This document shows positions 13,330 through 26,076 of a DNA stretch of 64,000 nt, in pieces (position 1 is the first letter of the stretch; each line of letters starts with the position of its first letter). Origin of the DNA: Nemertoderma westbladi (lineage: Eukaryota > Animalia > Xenacoelomorpha); contig JAUCBJ010006272.1 in NCBI GenBank assembly GCA_032718475.1, positions 1 through 64,000 of the forward strand, given 5' to 3'. Made by a program: the position numbers and the translations under genes. The notes beneath the pieces were generated by a model. It had not been told where the DNA came from. It ran no database searches and saw nothing but the letters and a program-made list of their open reading frames with translations.

Positions 13330-14241
13330 ATGGGCTATGCTGATAATATATATATTGGTTATTTCTACACTACCTTGGCCTCTGTACCTAGCGGATGCTC
13401 TCCTCTCCCATTGGTTGATATACTAATTCTCGGCTCCCACCTCTGTGGGAGTGCTTCCCCCCCCCCCCCCCGCTGCTGTTACTTTCCCTCTCCAGGAGGT
13501 TTAACCTCTGACCTCCCTTTGTGTGGCCCTTTGGGGGTTTGTTGTCCCCGTTATTGGTTGTGTGATACGAGGTTAATTGGGATTAACCTCGTATCCCCAA
13601 TATTGCTAAAAGGGGCGCCCTTCCCAACTTTATGGGGTGGTGAGCGGAATTGAATCCGCTCACAATCAACACGATGAAGAAAATCAACCAACTTCTATTT
13701 ATTTTCGAAATCCTATTATACTGAACACTCGTACAGTATTTACATGCGCAAGATGTCGCCGATGAAATTTGTTTGTTTGAGTTCCTTTTATATTAGTATT
13801 AGAACTATTTATCCATAATAATTATTAATATTAGGTTTATTTATTCATGAAATTATATGTTTTTTATAATTAACTTCGGAAAATTAGTTGACTAAGTCAT
13901 AATTTTTAAAACTTTAAATACCGGTTTAACAAAATTTATAGGGTCTTTAGTTGGATTTGAACACGAGCTAACAATCTCTATTGGAAAGTTAAGAAGAGAG
14001 AGGCAACCTGAATACTATTTCTAGGCTTTTACTCATAAGACAGCGCATTAACTCCCAAGGTTGCTCTCACTACAACTATAGCTGGGAGGGTCGAAGCTAG
14101 TATACTATAGAGTTAACGTGGTGTACAGTAGGAAAAAGAATAATACTCTTCTAAACGAGATTTGCTAATTACGCATGCCTCGTAGAGTAAGTAATTAATT
14201 ATAGGTTAGATCATTTCGAGGATAGGACTATAGGACTATGA

Positions 14242-14403
14242 CCAATGACACCCTATGTGTGATAATTGGGTAACATATGACACCAAATGGGTGTCAGTGA
14301 GGTCCAACTGTCCACTTTGGTGCCAATGACACCCAATGACACCCTATGTGTGATAATTGGGTAACATATGACACCAAATGGGTGTCAGTGAGGTCCAACT
14401 GTC
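14242..14403. repeat. Direct duplication, period about 91 bp (ccaatgacaccctatgtgtgataattggg...)
   Basis: Two near-identical copies at about 14242 and 14333. Confidence 0.8.
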
Positions 14404-17368
14404 GCAAAGTGGACCAAACCCATTTTGTATTGGTACTGATTGGTACTGTTCCTTGGTTGTTCGGGATATTGCTTTCTGCGTAGTATTACACTCTTTCAAT
14501 GTATATTTCTGCAGCATATAGGTAAATATAGTTTAATGCTGATAAATTTTTTCATTGTTTTCCGGAGGTTTTATAGTGTTTTCCCCGTGTTTTACTTAAG
14601 GAGTGCTATGCGAGGAGTACATTTAGGATTGGCAATTCAGAGAAGTACATTGTTCTAAATTTCCTGCTGATTAATATTTCCACTGTTTTCCGGTTGCTTT
14701 ACAGTGTTTTTAATATGTTTTCCTAGTGTTTTACTGTTTTACTAGTGTTTTCCTAAATTAGAATCATCCATTAACTTGGATAAATCATTTTGCCTCCATC
14801 GCTATCCTATAATCCATCCTTAACACAACACAAATACACATCCAAATAAATACTTAGCTACATTAATTATTTGTTTTATTTTAGATTACTGAGATATTAT
14901 ATTTTATGTTAGCCAATCAACTGCGCTTGACAACTGTTGCTGTGTTATGGCTGACGTCAAATACACAAGTTCCTAAAATTGCCTGGTTTTTCGAAGTTGC
15001 TAATTTTGGTAGTTAAAATCGCTATAACTCAGCCAATATTAATTTTTTTAAGAAAAATTTCTCTGTGGTGTTTTTTTACATGCTCTTTAACATTTATCCA
15101 AGAATCCAACAAAAACTCGAAAAAAATATTCCGAGTCGCCTACCCCATTGGTGTAACAAGGGAACACACTAAGTGGTCGGGGAGTGAAACTCTCTCTATT
15201 TCAAATTTTATGCAATTTAATTAATTAAAATTAAAATAAGTAAAATTAGGTGGGGGGGGGGGGGGGGGGGGGTTGGGTGGGGTTGTTCGTGTCATTGAAT
15301 TACGACACTATTATTCCGGGGCATGGTGTAAGTAGGTCACTTTTTTCGAATTCCGATTTTGAATATTGATTGTAGGTCTTGTATTTATTTATTGGTAATT
15401 GACGAAATTTGATTTAAATAATTAAATTATTACGTTGACTTAATGGAAATAGATGCCTTCAAAACATCACTAGAAGATATTTAGAGGTTGATTCAACTTA
15501 CGACAATGTGCATCAATGGTATTTTGGCTTTTTGGTGAAAATAATATTTTTAATGAATAAAGAATTGGGAACATGTCAATGTTGTCTTTTGCTCTTATAT
15601 ATATAGACTGATAGCTAGATAATTCAGACTTTAATTAATTAATCTCACTCTGACCACTTGCGTTATGGAAATGTTTATGTAACGAAAGGGTTATACAACA
15701 TTATAAATTTCAAATATAATTATATCAATAGCAAGTAAAATAAAATACTTCAATAAAAGTATTATCCATAACAAACAACAATTAATGGATTAAATAATGC
15801 ATGGATTGGTCTAATTAAGGACAATACTGTTGTATTGAGGACAACAGTCAATAACCTACCAACAGTCAGAAAAACTCACCAACAGTCAGAAAACAGTCCC
15901 AGATAGTCTACCAACAGTCAAGGGCTTCATAAAAATTCAGATTTTCTAAATGGGATTCCTTAAATTCAAAATTATCGAAATCATATCAGTTGATATATCC
16001 GTAACTAAGGAAATTACGTCATTCTGTACTGTACAGCAGTAGGCCTACCGAACCGATACAGTTGTTATCACAGTATTATTAAGGAATCCAGGAACGGCAA
16101 GTACGACGTTGGTCTAGTTTAGTTTGCGATACTGACACAACTTACCAAAGAACACCGCCAGCAAAATAACAGAAAACATATTAAAACTCTTGTCCAGTAG
16201 GTTATTATTCAACATTTAGTGTAAGATATAATATTTTTTTTTTCTTCTACACCTAATGAATAAACTAGCAATTATGGTAGAAATTATATAGTTTCACTGT
16301 GGGAAGAAGCCATAATGTGTAACACTGATTTTTAACATAGAGTGGAGAACAATATGTTTGTGTAAAGTCTAAATTGGAGATTCGGTGCGGAATAAAACCT
16401 ATGTGTTTAACAGCTAATCATGAATTATTCGATTCATATTAATTATTCATTTGTAGAGAAAAATCACACTTGGTCAATTCACACAATAATTTATACTATC
16501 GATAAGTAAGTGGAAGAATTGCCTAAATTTAATCGCAGCCAGTATTGGTTTGATAATGCAAATATGGTAGGCTTACAAATGGTTGTAATATCTTGATGTG
16601 AACTGCAACGCCGCGTAATTATGCGTTAATACAGTAATTTTAATAATATTTAATATACTTTATTTAATGAAAAACACAGTATAATTTGTATAGCGTTACA
16701 ATAACGACCGTTGTAACCTTCTCCTTTCCCTTTATTGACATGTTTTCATATTGAGACGAGATATTCGCCGCGATGGGATTTGCGTCCCCCACCCCTGTTG
16801 CTGTCAGCCACTATTGTACATTTACTACAATATATATAACCTATAACAATGTATTTATTGGTTGCATAAGCATCCCAATACCCAATAAATATCTATTAAT
16901 AACTCAAGTCCTAAATTAACATTCATATATTTTGGAAGAACTTTAGATTAATTGTTGGATGTTGAATTTACAGCTAATAACCTATATATATCTCGTTAGT
17001 TTTTATAAGGACCAGTTTTGGGTTCGCCGATTTGTCTTCTAATGCCAGCTAATTAGGCCCTATATCGTAAACCTATATATTGGATAATATTAAAAAAAAA
17101 CATCCGAAGTTATTATTAATATATTTAGTCGTTCGTTTTTATAATGGTTAGATATAAACAAATTAGTTACACCACTCTACTTATAAAAAATTCTGAGATA
17201 ATTTCTGGGATTCGAAATGTTACTATTTTGCACAGTATTTTAATTAATGATAAAAAAATCATTAGCAGTTATAACAATAAAGTAAATATCATTTAACATA
17301 ATATTATTTTGTTGTTACACGCGTACACAAGTTTTCCTAAATAATGCCACCAGAAAACGAGCCAGTAT

Positions 17369-17692
17369 TTAGGGATGTATAGATGGTTTTCTTGTCTTTC
17401 CAGGTTTTCGTAAATTATGCCATTTTGCAAAGTGAGTGTCTTTGCTACCTACAATCTTCGCCCAATGTGCCATCTCTGAAGTGTGGCTCTTTCTTCCCAG
17501 TATTATTGAGCCAATAGTATCATCCGCTTTTATTTTATCTTTATCTTTTACGACCACCTTGAAACAGGTATCTCTTAGGTCTCTGGCCTCCACTTTGAAG
17601 TTAAATGTTTCGTTGTATGTTGGGTTCAGTTCTTTCTTTTGACAAGCAGTCTGCTTCTTCGTAACGACTTTTCCCCTCCTAATTTGGCAAAT
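17369..17692 (-). CDS. Synaptotagmin-like gene A, exon 6 (C2B C-terminal part, stop)
   Basis: ttttcag acceptor; KKQT..KK.LNPTYNETFNF, KDKDKIKADDTIG, HW..WHNL motifs. Confidence 0.9.
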   Translation of the reverse strand: MCQIRRGKVVTKKQTACQKKELNPTYNETFNFKVEARDLRDTCFKVVVKDKDKIKADDTIGSIILGRKSHTSEMAHWAKIVGSKDTHFAKWHNLRKPGKTRKPSIHP

Positions 17693-18045
17693 CTGAAAAT
17701 TACAAAATTTTAATAATAAGGTTAGTTCATTAATCACATCAATTCCAGTTGAATAAGTATTAATGTTTGTGAGAAATATTTACTTAAAATATTTCTATTG
17801 TAGGTTCTTACAACATTTGTATTTTTTATTGTTTTTTTTTCACAGTAAATTTATATTAAAATATATGTTTATTTCATTCATAATGCATCTATATTTAAAC
17901 GATATAGTACTGGTTTATTATCATAATAATTAATAACATTAATTATCATTATTGCAATTGGTGCCGAGCAATAGCTTAGTAAATCCACAAAGAAATCCAA
18001 TAATAACATCATAAATTAGGAACACTCCTCCCCTAAATAACATAC

Positions 18046-18257
18046 CTTAACGTAAGGGTCACTCTTTCCTCCAAAGTCCATGGCTTTTAGATAACGGCAT
18101 CTCAAAATAATTAGAGTTAATTTCTCTTCATTTTCCATGTATCCCAATGATACAAGGATTTCGCCACGTCTGCTGCTTGCCTTTATCTTATTTAAATCCA
18201 TCCAAATCTCATTTTTTTCTCCAATTTTCATTTTTGATAATCGCAGCTCGCATGCTC
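18046..18257 (-). CDS. Synaptotagmin-like gene A, exon 5 (end of C2A, start of C2B)
   Basis: ttttag|GA...AAG|gtatg; RGEILVSLGY..LKAMDFGGKSDPYVK. Confidence 0.9.
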
Positions 18258-18799
18258 CTAAAATCGATTTTCAAAACAAATTCATTATATTTTATAGAAT
18301 GTAATGCATGGTTCATAATATCAAATAATTTAATCAATTAAACGAAGATTTATTATAAAATATAAGGAACATAGGCCAAATGCTTACTAATAGAGCCGCC
18401 TATATATAATAACCCTTGTATATTACTGGCAAGTAATATTATAGGACAACCTCAAAGCAGTCGTACAGCACGTACATCCCACGGTAGGGGGTTTCTTTCA
18501 AAAACTCATCTTCAAAGTGTCTCACTTCCCCGATGTTGGAGGAGACTGGACAAGTTATATATTCGGAGTGATTGCACAATAATTTTTACACGTATGAATG
18601 ATAAAGAAAAAATATACATTAAATAATAGTAATTAACTGTAGAAATATATACTATAAAAATACATATTTTTATTTTTTAAATCTATCAATACTGCGATGA
18701 TCAACCACACTTACTATAGCACGTTGCTTACTATCCGCTGCACGTTGAGATGCTATGCCAGCTTAACAAATATATTTTTGCCACCACCATGCAATCCAC

Positions 18800-19010
18800 A
18801 ATTGGCAAGCTCCAATGCAGCGTGCATTAAGAATGCTATGCCGGCTTATCGACAAAATTACACTGCCAGAACTACTCCCTAACCACCATGACTTTTGGGA
18901 GATTACCCACATCTTCAAGGCTATTGTCCTTTAAGATGCGTCTCAAGAAAGTCATGGGCTGTCTACCTTGCCATTTATGAATGAGGCTGCCAAAGCCCAA
19001 TATTGTGTAC
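18800..19010 (-). mobile_element. 3' fragment of the RTE LINE family seen at 41-44 kb, in intron 4 of gene A
   Basis: Matches 41270-41460 (aagaatgctatgcc.gcttatcgacaaa...gtcctttaagatgcgtctcaagaaagtcatgggctgtc). Confidence 0.75.
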
Positions 19011-19209
19011 AGAGTGAAGCGAAGCGGAGGCGGCTCTGTTCTAGTGTTAAGCTATGACCTCCTGGCCACTGGTGAATAGTAAAAAAATTAATGGCGGTAT
19101 GATCCACTACCGCACTAGTCCAAATTAATAACGTCTGTAACTACTACAATTTCCAAATTCAATGAAAATCTAATACAATCAATAAATACACGAGACTTAA
19201 TACACAAAC

Positions 19210-19410
19210 CTATCACATTATCTCTTCTGAAGCGATCATTATCCCAAACTTCCAATTTCATTGTTGTATGTTCTACCATATGTGACCTCAGTTGCACCTG
19301 AAATGTCTCATCCCAAACCGGATCTCGTGTCTTGGTTTTGGTCTTCGTTTGGAGTTTCTTTCTTATTTGAGGTGTAAAGGTTATTTCTGCATAAGGATCA
19401 CTTGTCTTTC
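19210..19410 (-). CDS. Synaptotagmin-like gene A, exon 4 (C2A core)
   Basis: ttttaag|GA...ATAG|gtttg; GKTSDPYAEI..TKTKTKTRDPVWDETF..EVWDNDRFRRDNVIG; 201 bp, same length as gene B exon 4. Confidence 0.9.
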
Positions 19411-19827
19411 CTTAAAAAAAGATGAGATTTGCGATATTAACAGCTCTATAGGCTCAATGGAAGTCTCGTGTGTGAAACCTGTTACGAGAGGGATACATAT
19501 TCGCAATGCCTTTTGAATTGTCACAGGATAAGGTACACTGGATATCCGTTTGTAAGGTTAACCTGTTTATTGAAGTCAATAATAAATTTAAATACCTAAG
19601 GTGTAAAATTGTTAATTTTTATTATTATTGAGGTCAAACTTATTAAATATCTGTATAATTATATTATGTAATACGTAATTGCAAAACACAAAAAGCACAA
19701 AAAATGAGTAATAGTAAGTATAGTAAGTAATGATTTAAATCTTCCAAAAGTAAACCAATTCCACCAGATAATAAATATTAAACAGATTTTAGTAATTAAT
19801 TACTACTTTATAATATAAATCACTTAC

Positions 19828-20046
19828 CCATGAAGTCCATTGCTTTTATATGTTTGCCGCCAATGACATTAACGATAAGTTGTTCACTTCTGTACTCCAA
19901 AGCGATGTGTACAGTTCCTAAGTAATCTTTTGGGAGGTACTGTTCTTTAGCATTGAGAAGTAAACCTTTGGTTAAATCTGCTAGAATTTCAGACACCAGA
20001 GGGGAATCCAAATCGGGTGGGATGACATGTGTACCCGGTTCGGGGT
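19828..20046 (-). CDS. Synaptotagmin-like gene A, exon 3 (linker + start of C2A)
   Basis: cccacag|AC...ATGG|gtaagt; YLGTVHIALEY..LIVNVI..KAMDF; 219 bp, same length as gene B exon 3. Confidence 0.9.
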
Positions 20047-20584
20047 CTGTGGGAATTCAGGAGAAAATATTAATTTCGGAAAAAATGTGTCCGTAAAAAA
20101 TTATCTATTGATATAAATTAAATAATGAAGTGTAAACTGGTAAATGTTATTAACTAAAGAAATAATGAACTAATGACAACAACTATAACATGGATGAGCA
20201 TCGTTGCATAGATCACAGATCATGATGGAAGTGTAAGCTCATCATCTCATTTTGCGACCATTTTCCTTAATCTGGTAGCAGCAGGTTTGAATCACTTGAG
20301 CAACCTTTTGCCGATATAAATTGTGACTACTGTTAATTGCCACTGACTATAAAGGAAGGAGCTGTGAAGTATTTTCCCAACTTCTTAGAAGAGGCTATCT
20401 CCAAAGTGGGAATTTTCTGTGTGATTTGCTGAGTGGAAAAATATATTAATCTCCTGTTGATACAGATACAATTAAGATAAAATCTCAGGATGGATGTCTT
20501 CTTCTTTTTAATATTTTTTGATATCTGGAATCTGGATTATACAGAGATCGGCAGAAGATCTGCGCATCAGGAGAGAGAAAGCGG

Positions 20585-22315
20585 TCAACAGAGAAGCAGT
20601 CGCATAGGATAGGACAGAGAAAGCGGCCAACAGAAGCAGTCGCATAGGATTGGACAAAGAAAGTATGACCAACAGAAGCAGTCGCATAGGATTGGACAAA
20701 GAGAAAGCGGCAAACAGAAGCAGTCACATAGGATCGGACAGAGAAAGCGACCAACAGAATCAGTCGCATAGGATAGGACAGAGAAAGCATGGCCAACAGA
20801 AGCAGTCGCATAGGATCGGACAAAGAAAGCATTGCCAACAGAAGCAGTCAAATAGGATCGGCCAGAGAGAGCATGGCCAACAGAAGCAGTCAAATAGGAT
20901 CAGCCAGAGAAAGCATGGCCAACAGAAGCAGTCGCATAGGATCGGCCTGAGAAAGCATGGCCAACAGAAGCAGTCACATAGGATCGGCCTGAGAAAGCAT
21001 GGCCAACAGAAGCAGTCGCATAGGATCGGCCTGAGAAAGCATGGCCAACAGAAGCAGTCGCATAGGAACGGACAGAGAAAGCACGGCCAACAGAAGCAGT
21101 CCTATAGGAATGGACAGAGAAAGCATGGCCAACAGAAGCGGTCACATAGGAACGGACAGAGAAAGCATGGCCAACAGAAGCAGTCTCATAGGAATGGACA
21201 GAGAAAGCATGGCCAACAGAAGCAGTCGCATAGGATCGGCCAGAGAAAGCATGGCCAACATAAGCAGTTGCATATGATCGGGCAAAGAAAGCATGGCCAA
21301 TAGAAGCAGTCGCATAGGATCGGATAAAGCCCATTAGATTACTGGCAGTAGAGGCCAACAGAAGCATTCGCATAGGATCGGACAAAGAAAGCATGGCCAA
21401 CATAAGCAGTCACATAGGATCGGCCAGATAAAGCATGGCCAACAGAAGCAGTCGCATAGGAACGGAAGAGAAAGCATGGCCAACAGAAGCAGTCTCATAG
21501 GAATGGACAGAGAAAGCATGGCCAACAGAAGCAGTCGCATAGGATCGGACAAAGAAAGCCTGGCCAAGGCCAACATAAGCAGTCACATAGGATCGGCCAG
21601 AGAAAGCATGGCCAATAGAAGCAGTCGCATAGGAACGGACAGAGAAAGCATGGCCAATAGAAGCAGTCGTATAGGAACGGACAGAGAAAGCATGGCCAAC
21701 AGAAGCGGTCACATAGGAATGGACAGAGAAAGCATGGCCAACAGAAGCAGTCACATAGGATCGGATAAAGCCCATTAGATTACTGGCAGTAGAGACCAAC
21801 AGAAGCAGTTGCATAGGATCGGATAAAGCCCATTAGATTACTGGCAGTAGATGCCAAAAGAAGCAGTTGCATAGGATCGGATAAAGCCCATTAGATTACT
21901 GGCAGTAGAGACCAACAGAAGCAGTTGCATAGGATCGGATAAAGCCCATTAGATTACTGGCAGTAGAGACCAACAGAAGCAGTTGCATAGGATCGGATAA
22001 AGCCCATTAGATTACTGGCAGTAGAGACCAACAGAAGCAGTTGCATAGGATCGGATAAAGCCCATTATTATATTACTGGCAGTAGAGACCAACAGAAGCA
22101 GTTGCATAGGATCGGATAAAGCCCATTAGATTACTGGCAGTAGAGACCAACAGAAGCAGTCGCATAGGATCGGACAAAGCCCATTAGATTACTGGCAGTA
22201 GAGACCAACAGAAGCAGTTGCATAGGATCGGATAAAGCCCATTATATTACTGGCAGTAGAGACCAACCTAAGCAGTTGCATAGGATCGGATAAAGCCAAT
22301 TGATTACTGGCAGTA
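20585..22315. repeat. Compound minisatellite: 42-bp unit (agaaagcatggccaacagaagcagtcgcataggatcggcc..) switching to a 58-bp unit sharing the same core
   Basis: Period 42 at 20941/20983; period 58 at 21841/21899; lies in intron 2 of gene A. Confidence 0.9.
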
Positions 22316-22743
22316 GCGATTTCCAAGTTAATAAAAGTGGAGGAGCGCTAAGACCCCCACCCAGGACACACATGAGCTTTCTACTGTCAACTTCTAACTT
22401 TCAAGTAACCACTTCCCGTTGCACATATATACATACAATTATCAGTCCATAAAAAAATGTTGGCTATATTGCAATAGAACAGCTGTAATAGGGATGCGCA
22501 TGTGAATAATCTCCTGTTATGTTTGTTCAGTGGGATCTCGTTTGCGTCTCACACGCACATTTGTTTGTAATTAGGATCGAAACATATAGGTTGTCCTGTG
22601 TTGTCACGTTTGGTTTGCCCAAAGCCGATATGTTTCTATTTGTGCTTTTTGGATCGAACCGTATAGGTTGTCCTGTGGGATATCGTTTGGTTCGCCAAAC
22701 GCCGATATGTTTGTAAGTCGCATGACCCATGTGATCAGCAATC

Positions 22744-23065
22744 TACGGAAGCCCAGAAGTGCCAGTCAACCTTACACATAAAATCTGATTTTTTATGTGT
22801 GTGTAGTTGGCATGTGTGTGTAGTTGGCATGTGTGTGTAGTTGGCATGTGTGTGTAGTTGGCATGTGTGTGTAGTTGGCACATGTGTGTAGTTGGCATAT
22901 GTGTATGTAGTTGGCATATGTGTGTGTAGTTGGCATGTGTGTGTAGTTGGCATGTGTTTGTAGTTGGCATGTGTAGTTGGCATGTGTGTGTAGTTGGCAT
23001 GTGTGTGTAGTTGGCATGTGTAGTTGGCATGTGTGTGTAGTTGGCATGTGTAGTTGGCATATGTG
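22744..23065 (+). repeat. Left TIR: about 50 unique bp plus a 17-bp (gtagttggcatgtgtgt) tandem array
   Basis: Reverse complement of 26077-26541; unit length varies 13-19 bp. Confidence 0.9.
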
Positions 23066-23413
23066 TAGGCCTAGTTGATATTCAGTAGAGTGCACTACAC
23101 ATACTGTAGCAGCAAAGTCAGATAGTGCAGTAGCGTACTCGATGGTACTAGGCCTACTACTGTATGGTACTGAACTAGGCCTAAAAGTACCGGTACTGCA
23201 GTTAGTGCCTACCGGTACCGGTTTCTGTTACCTGTTCTCTATGTGCGGTGCAAATTTTCGTTTGGCACGGCACGAATTTATAACTTTGTACGGCAGTACG
23301 GCTCGAATCCGATAGGCCTAAGTATTCCAACTACCCTAGAGGTCTGTTCCCTGTGTTCTGTACCGTAATATACCGGTATTCTTACCGTACCTTGTACCTA
23401 CCACCATAGCAGA

Positions 23414-24953
23414 ATGTTGTGCGCTAGATGCCACACTTTGTTACCTCATAACTCCCTATTCTGTAATTTGTGTGGGAACCCTGTAAAGAACCCTAGTGAA
23501 TTGCCCTCTGGTACTGATGGCGTTTTCATTGGCAGCAGCGGTGAAGGAACCAGTACCGGTACCAACCAAGCCACATTTCGTTTTAGGGAATTCCTAACTG
23601 AAAAAAGAAGAGGCCATCTAGGACCTACCACCAGCTCTAAACGTCCGAAAGCGTTAGTCGATGATGATGTGACCGTGAACATTGGGGCTTGTTGTAGATA
23701 TACTGATAGGAATAGGCCCGGTACAAAATTGAAACAAGTCTGGCGCAAAACGTTACAAATATCGATTTCTAAATACTCAAATTACGACGAACTTCTCCAA
23801 GCATCATTACGCAAATACCGCGTTATTTTTAAGGACGTATTTCATCATTCAGTGAATGATGACAGCTTCATATTGTTATACATGGACCATACTCCGGCCA
23901 ACAAGTTGCCCATAGACACTGGAGATTTTGTTTTAGACAAATATCAAGCTGAGATTTGTAAACCTTTCCGCCGACTCACATTTCTTCTTTGTTCGAAAGA
24001 TGACTATAATCTATATATAGGCCTAGGTACGGACGAGCCGATAGGAGGCGGTACGGACGAGCCGAGAGGAGGCGGTATGGACGAGCCGAGAGGAGGCGGT
24101 ACGGACGAGCCGAGAGGAGGCGGTACAGAAGAGTCAAGCTCAAGAGTCGGTCCAGAACCAAGTTACCCCGATGTCATTTTTGTTGACGATTCTGATGATT
24201 TGGAGATTCGGAGTTGTGTATCTACCACTGAGGATCCGGAAAGAGTTGAAGAGGTGTCGGTATGTGAAACCAACCTCTTGCTGTCCGAAAGTGAAATGGA
24301 GTTTTTAAAAGATATTCAATTTCATTATGACTATGATATAGTATTGGAAGAACTTCAAAAAGTAAAAATTCGTCGACGAATATTATTTGATGAAATGTTA
24401 CGAATTGCTCGAACCTTGAATCCTTGTCGCGGAATTTTAGTGACATTTAGTGGTGAACCAGGTTGTGATGAGGGGGGACTGCGGCGAGATTTGTTTGGCT
24501 GCTTCCTAAGTTAAAGTACCACAATCGTCATTGTTTTATGAAATCGATGGCTTTGTGATTCCATCGGCGGCAGATGTATTGAAAGTAGCGAATGGAATGT
24601 TTTCTCTTATAGGAAAAATATTTTATTTAGTTCTGATTCACGGCGAACAATTTATCGGCATATTGCACCCTTTGGTTAGTAGATACATCGCATTTGGCAT
24701 TGCTGATGGCTGCTTGGATTTTCTGGAAATAATTAATCTCGTTCCTTCGGACATTAGACAACTCTTAGATGGTGAAATTTCGGATGCACTCGAGATAAGA
24801 TGTGGAGCTCTTGGTCTTCTAATAAATTCAAATGTCAATGACAGCGAATTGACGAGAAGAAAATTCGCCGAAGTTGTACTTACATCGCTCTTGTTGACGA
24901 ATAAATCAGCAATCGATTCACTGCGAGACACCTTGGTTAAATTGTTAGAGTAA
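23414..24953 (+). pseudogene. Transposon cargo: zinc ribbon + unknown domain + HECT-type E3 ligase N-lobe, frameshifted at about 24512 and 3'-truncated
   Basis: CARC..FCNLCG; (GTDEPRGG)x4; IRRRILF..ILVTFSGEPGCDEGGLRRDLF (HECT F.GE.G.D.GG..RE/DF signature); +1 shift continues KVPQSSLFYE..FSLIGKIFYLVLIHG..LHPLVSRYI; C-lobe with the catalytic Cys absent. Confidence 0.75.
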
Positions 24954-24954
24954 T

Positions 24955-25699
24955 TGAAGTAATTCATCCAGTAATTACCCCACGATCTCCGCAAATGGGA
25001 CCACCACCCTTCTATTCGTTGATTCCTGTGAGAACCAATGTATCTGTGGGCGTCAATATCATTCCGAAAAAAAGCTTGCGCCGCCGCCATGGTACCATTT
25101 TCAGTCCCCCGATCAGTTTCAACCTGTATGGGACATCCATATAGTTGTATAGCTTCCAAAAAGAAAAAACATATATTGTTAGGGTTATTGTTAGAAATGA
25201 CGACTTTTAGCCACAAAATATAACGCGACCAACCATCGATAGCACCGTGGATTGGAAATCCATAAGGTTTAAGTTTATCATGTCCATCCACGTGCCAAAC
25301 TGCATTAGGTCCGATATTGAAGTACTGGCGGCGCTGAAGTCGATGACGACGCCGGAGTTCGGTTGCCTCAGGACAAAGTGTACGTAATATAAGGGCTACT
25401 GTTGATCGGGGAACATGAATGCCCTTAAGTTTTAATTGATGCCAGACACTCCGATATCCCCAACATGACGAAGAACCATGAATCAGCGATGTAACGGCAT
25501 TAACAACCATATCATAATCAAAATTATTACCAGTATTTCGGCGAGTCAGCCCGAGGTCACGCAATCGACGACAGAGTGTTCGTCTACTTGAAATTATTAT
25601 GCCATGATTATTTGACAAAATATTTAGTAATTCTCGGTGAGTGTGGCCTTCTTTGTAGTAATGTGTTAAAATATTGTTAATTAAATTAATGTCTTCCAT
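24955..25699 (-). CDS. DDE transposase (IS3EU / integrase-core type), 3'-truncated
   Basis: ATG 25699; N-terminal HTH-like (RTLCRRLRDLGL, GYRSVW); WHVDGHDKLKPYGFPIHGAIDGWSR, TDRGTEN, NQRIE triad; after WMNYF the frame only reads antisense of the cargo gene. Confidence 0.85.
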
Positions 25700-26076
25700 A
25701 GTATATATCCTACCGTAATAAATATATTGATACACTCTATGGCCCTTCGCGCAGTACGTGAGTTACATGAAATAAATGTACAGTATTGTCAGTTCGCATA
25801 GGTTGTGGGCTGGGATATACATGCTGATATGGTAATCGGGGGGTGAATTTTTAGGGGGGTGGTAATTCTCTGCTACACCGGTAGTTGTAAAATAATCAGA
25901 TACCGCATCAGGTATGGGGGCTACCGACAACGACAGCGGCCTATGAGCTAAGTAGCAAAGGTGAACGGACACTGACACTACTACAGTAGGCCTGCTACAC
26001 TCTACTGTTGTACTGATACTAGCGAATAAATGGGTTGCTAAGCAACCTTGAAGATGGTTGCTAAGCAATCGAACTC

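Larger units (their letters stand above)
11272..13664. mobile_element. Solo LTR interrupted by a LINE
   Basis: TGTGA...TCACA termini with exact 5-bp TSD ATCAA (11267-11271 / 13665-13669); starts tgtgacgggatc like the LTR at 7301; about 560 bp without the LINE. Confidence 0.75.
8734..14226. mobile_element. Non-autonomous element with about 300-bp imperfect inverted repeats (left arm 8734-9847, interrupted at 8810-9574; right arm 13930-14226)
   Basis: e.g. ctcgaaatgatctaacctataattaa..gcatgcgtaatta.caaatctcgttt and gttaatgcgctgtcttatgagtaaaagcc on the left match the reverse complement of 14020-14220; outer termini and TSD unresolved. Confidence 0.65.

Noticed and set aside
15250-15282. Poly-G run (and poly-C at 46983-47008) as functional G-quadruplex
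   Set aside because: Simple homopolymers prone to sequencing error; no context suggesting function.
20485-21814. Multiple repetitive ORFs (e.g. 217-aa KHGQQKQSHRIG repeat)
   Set aside because: By-product of a 42-bp intronic minisatellite; open on both strands and broken by indels.
24638-24954. C-terminal 105 aa of the 365-aa transposase ORF as a real domain
   Set aside because: It is the antisense of the HECT-like ORF past the inferred deletion junction.
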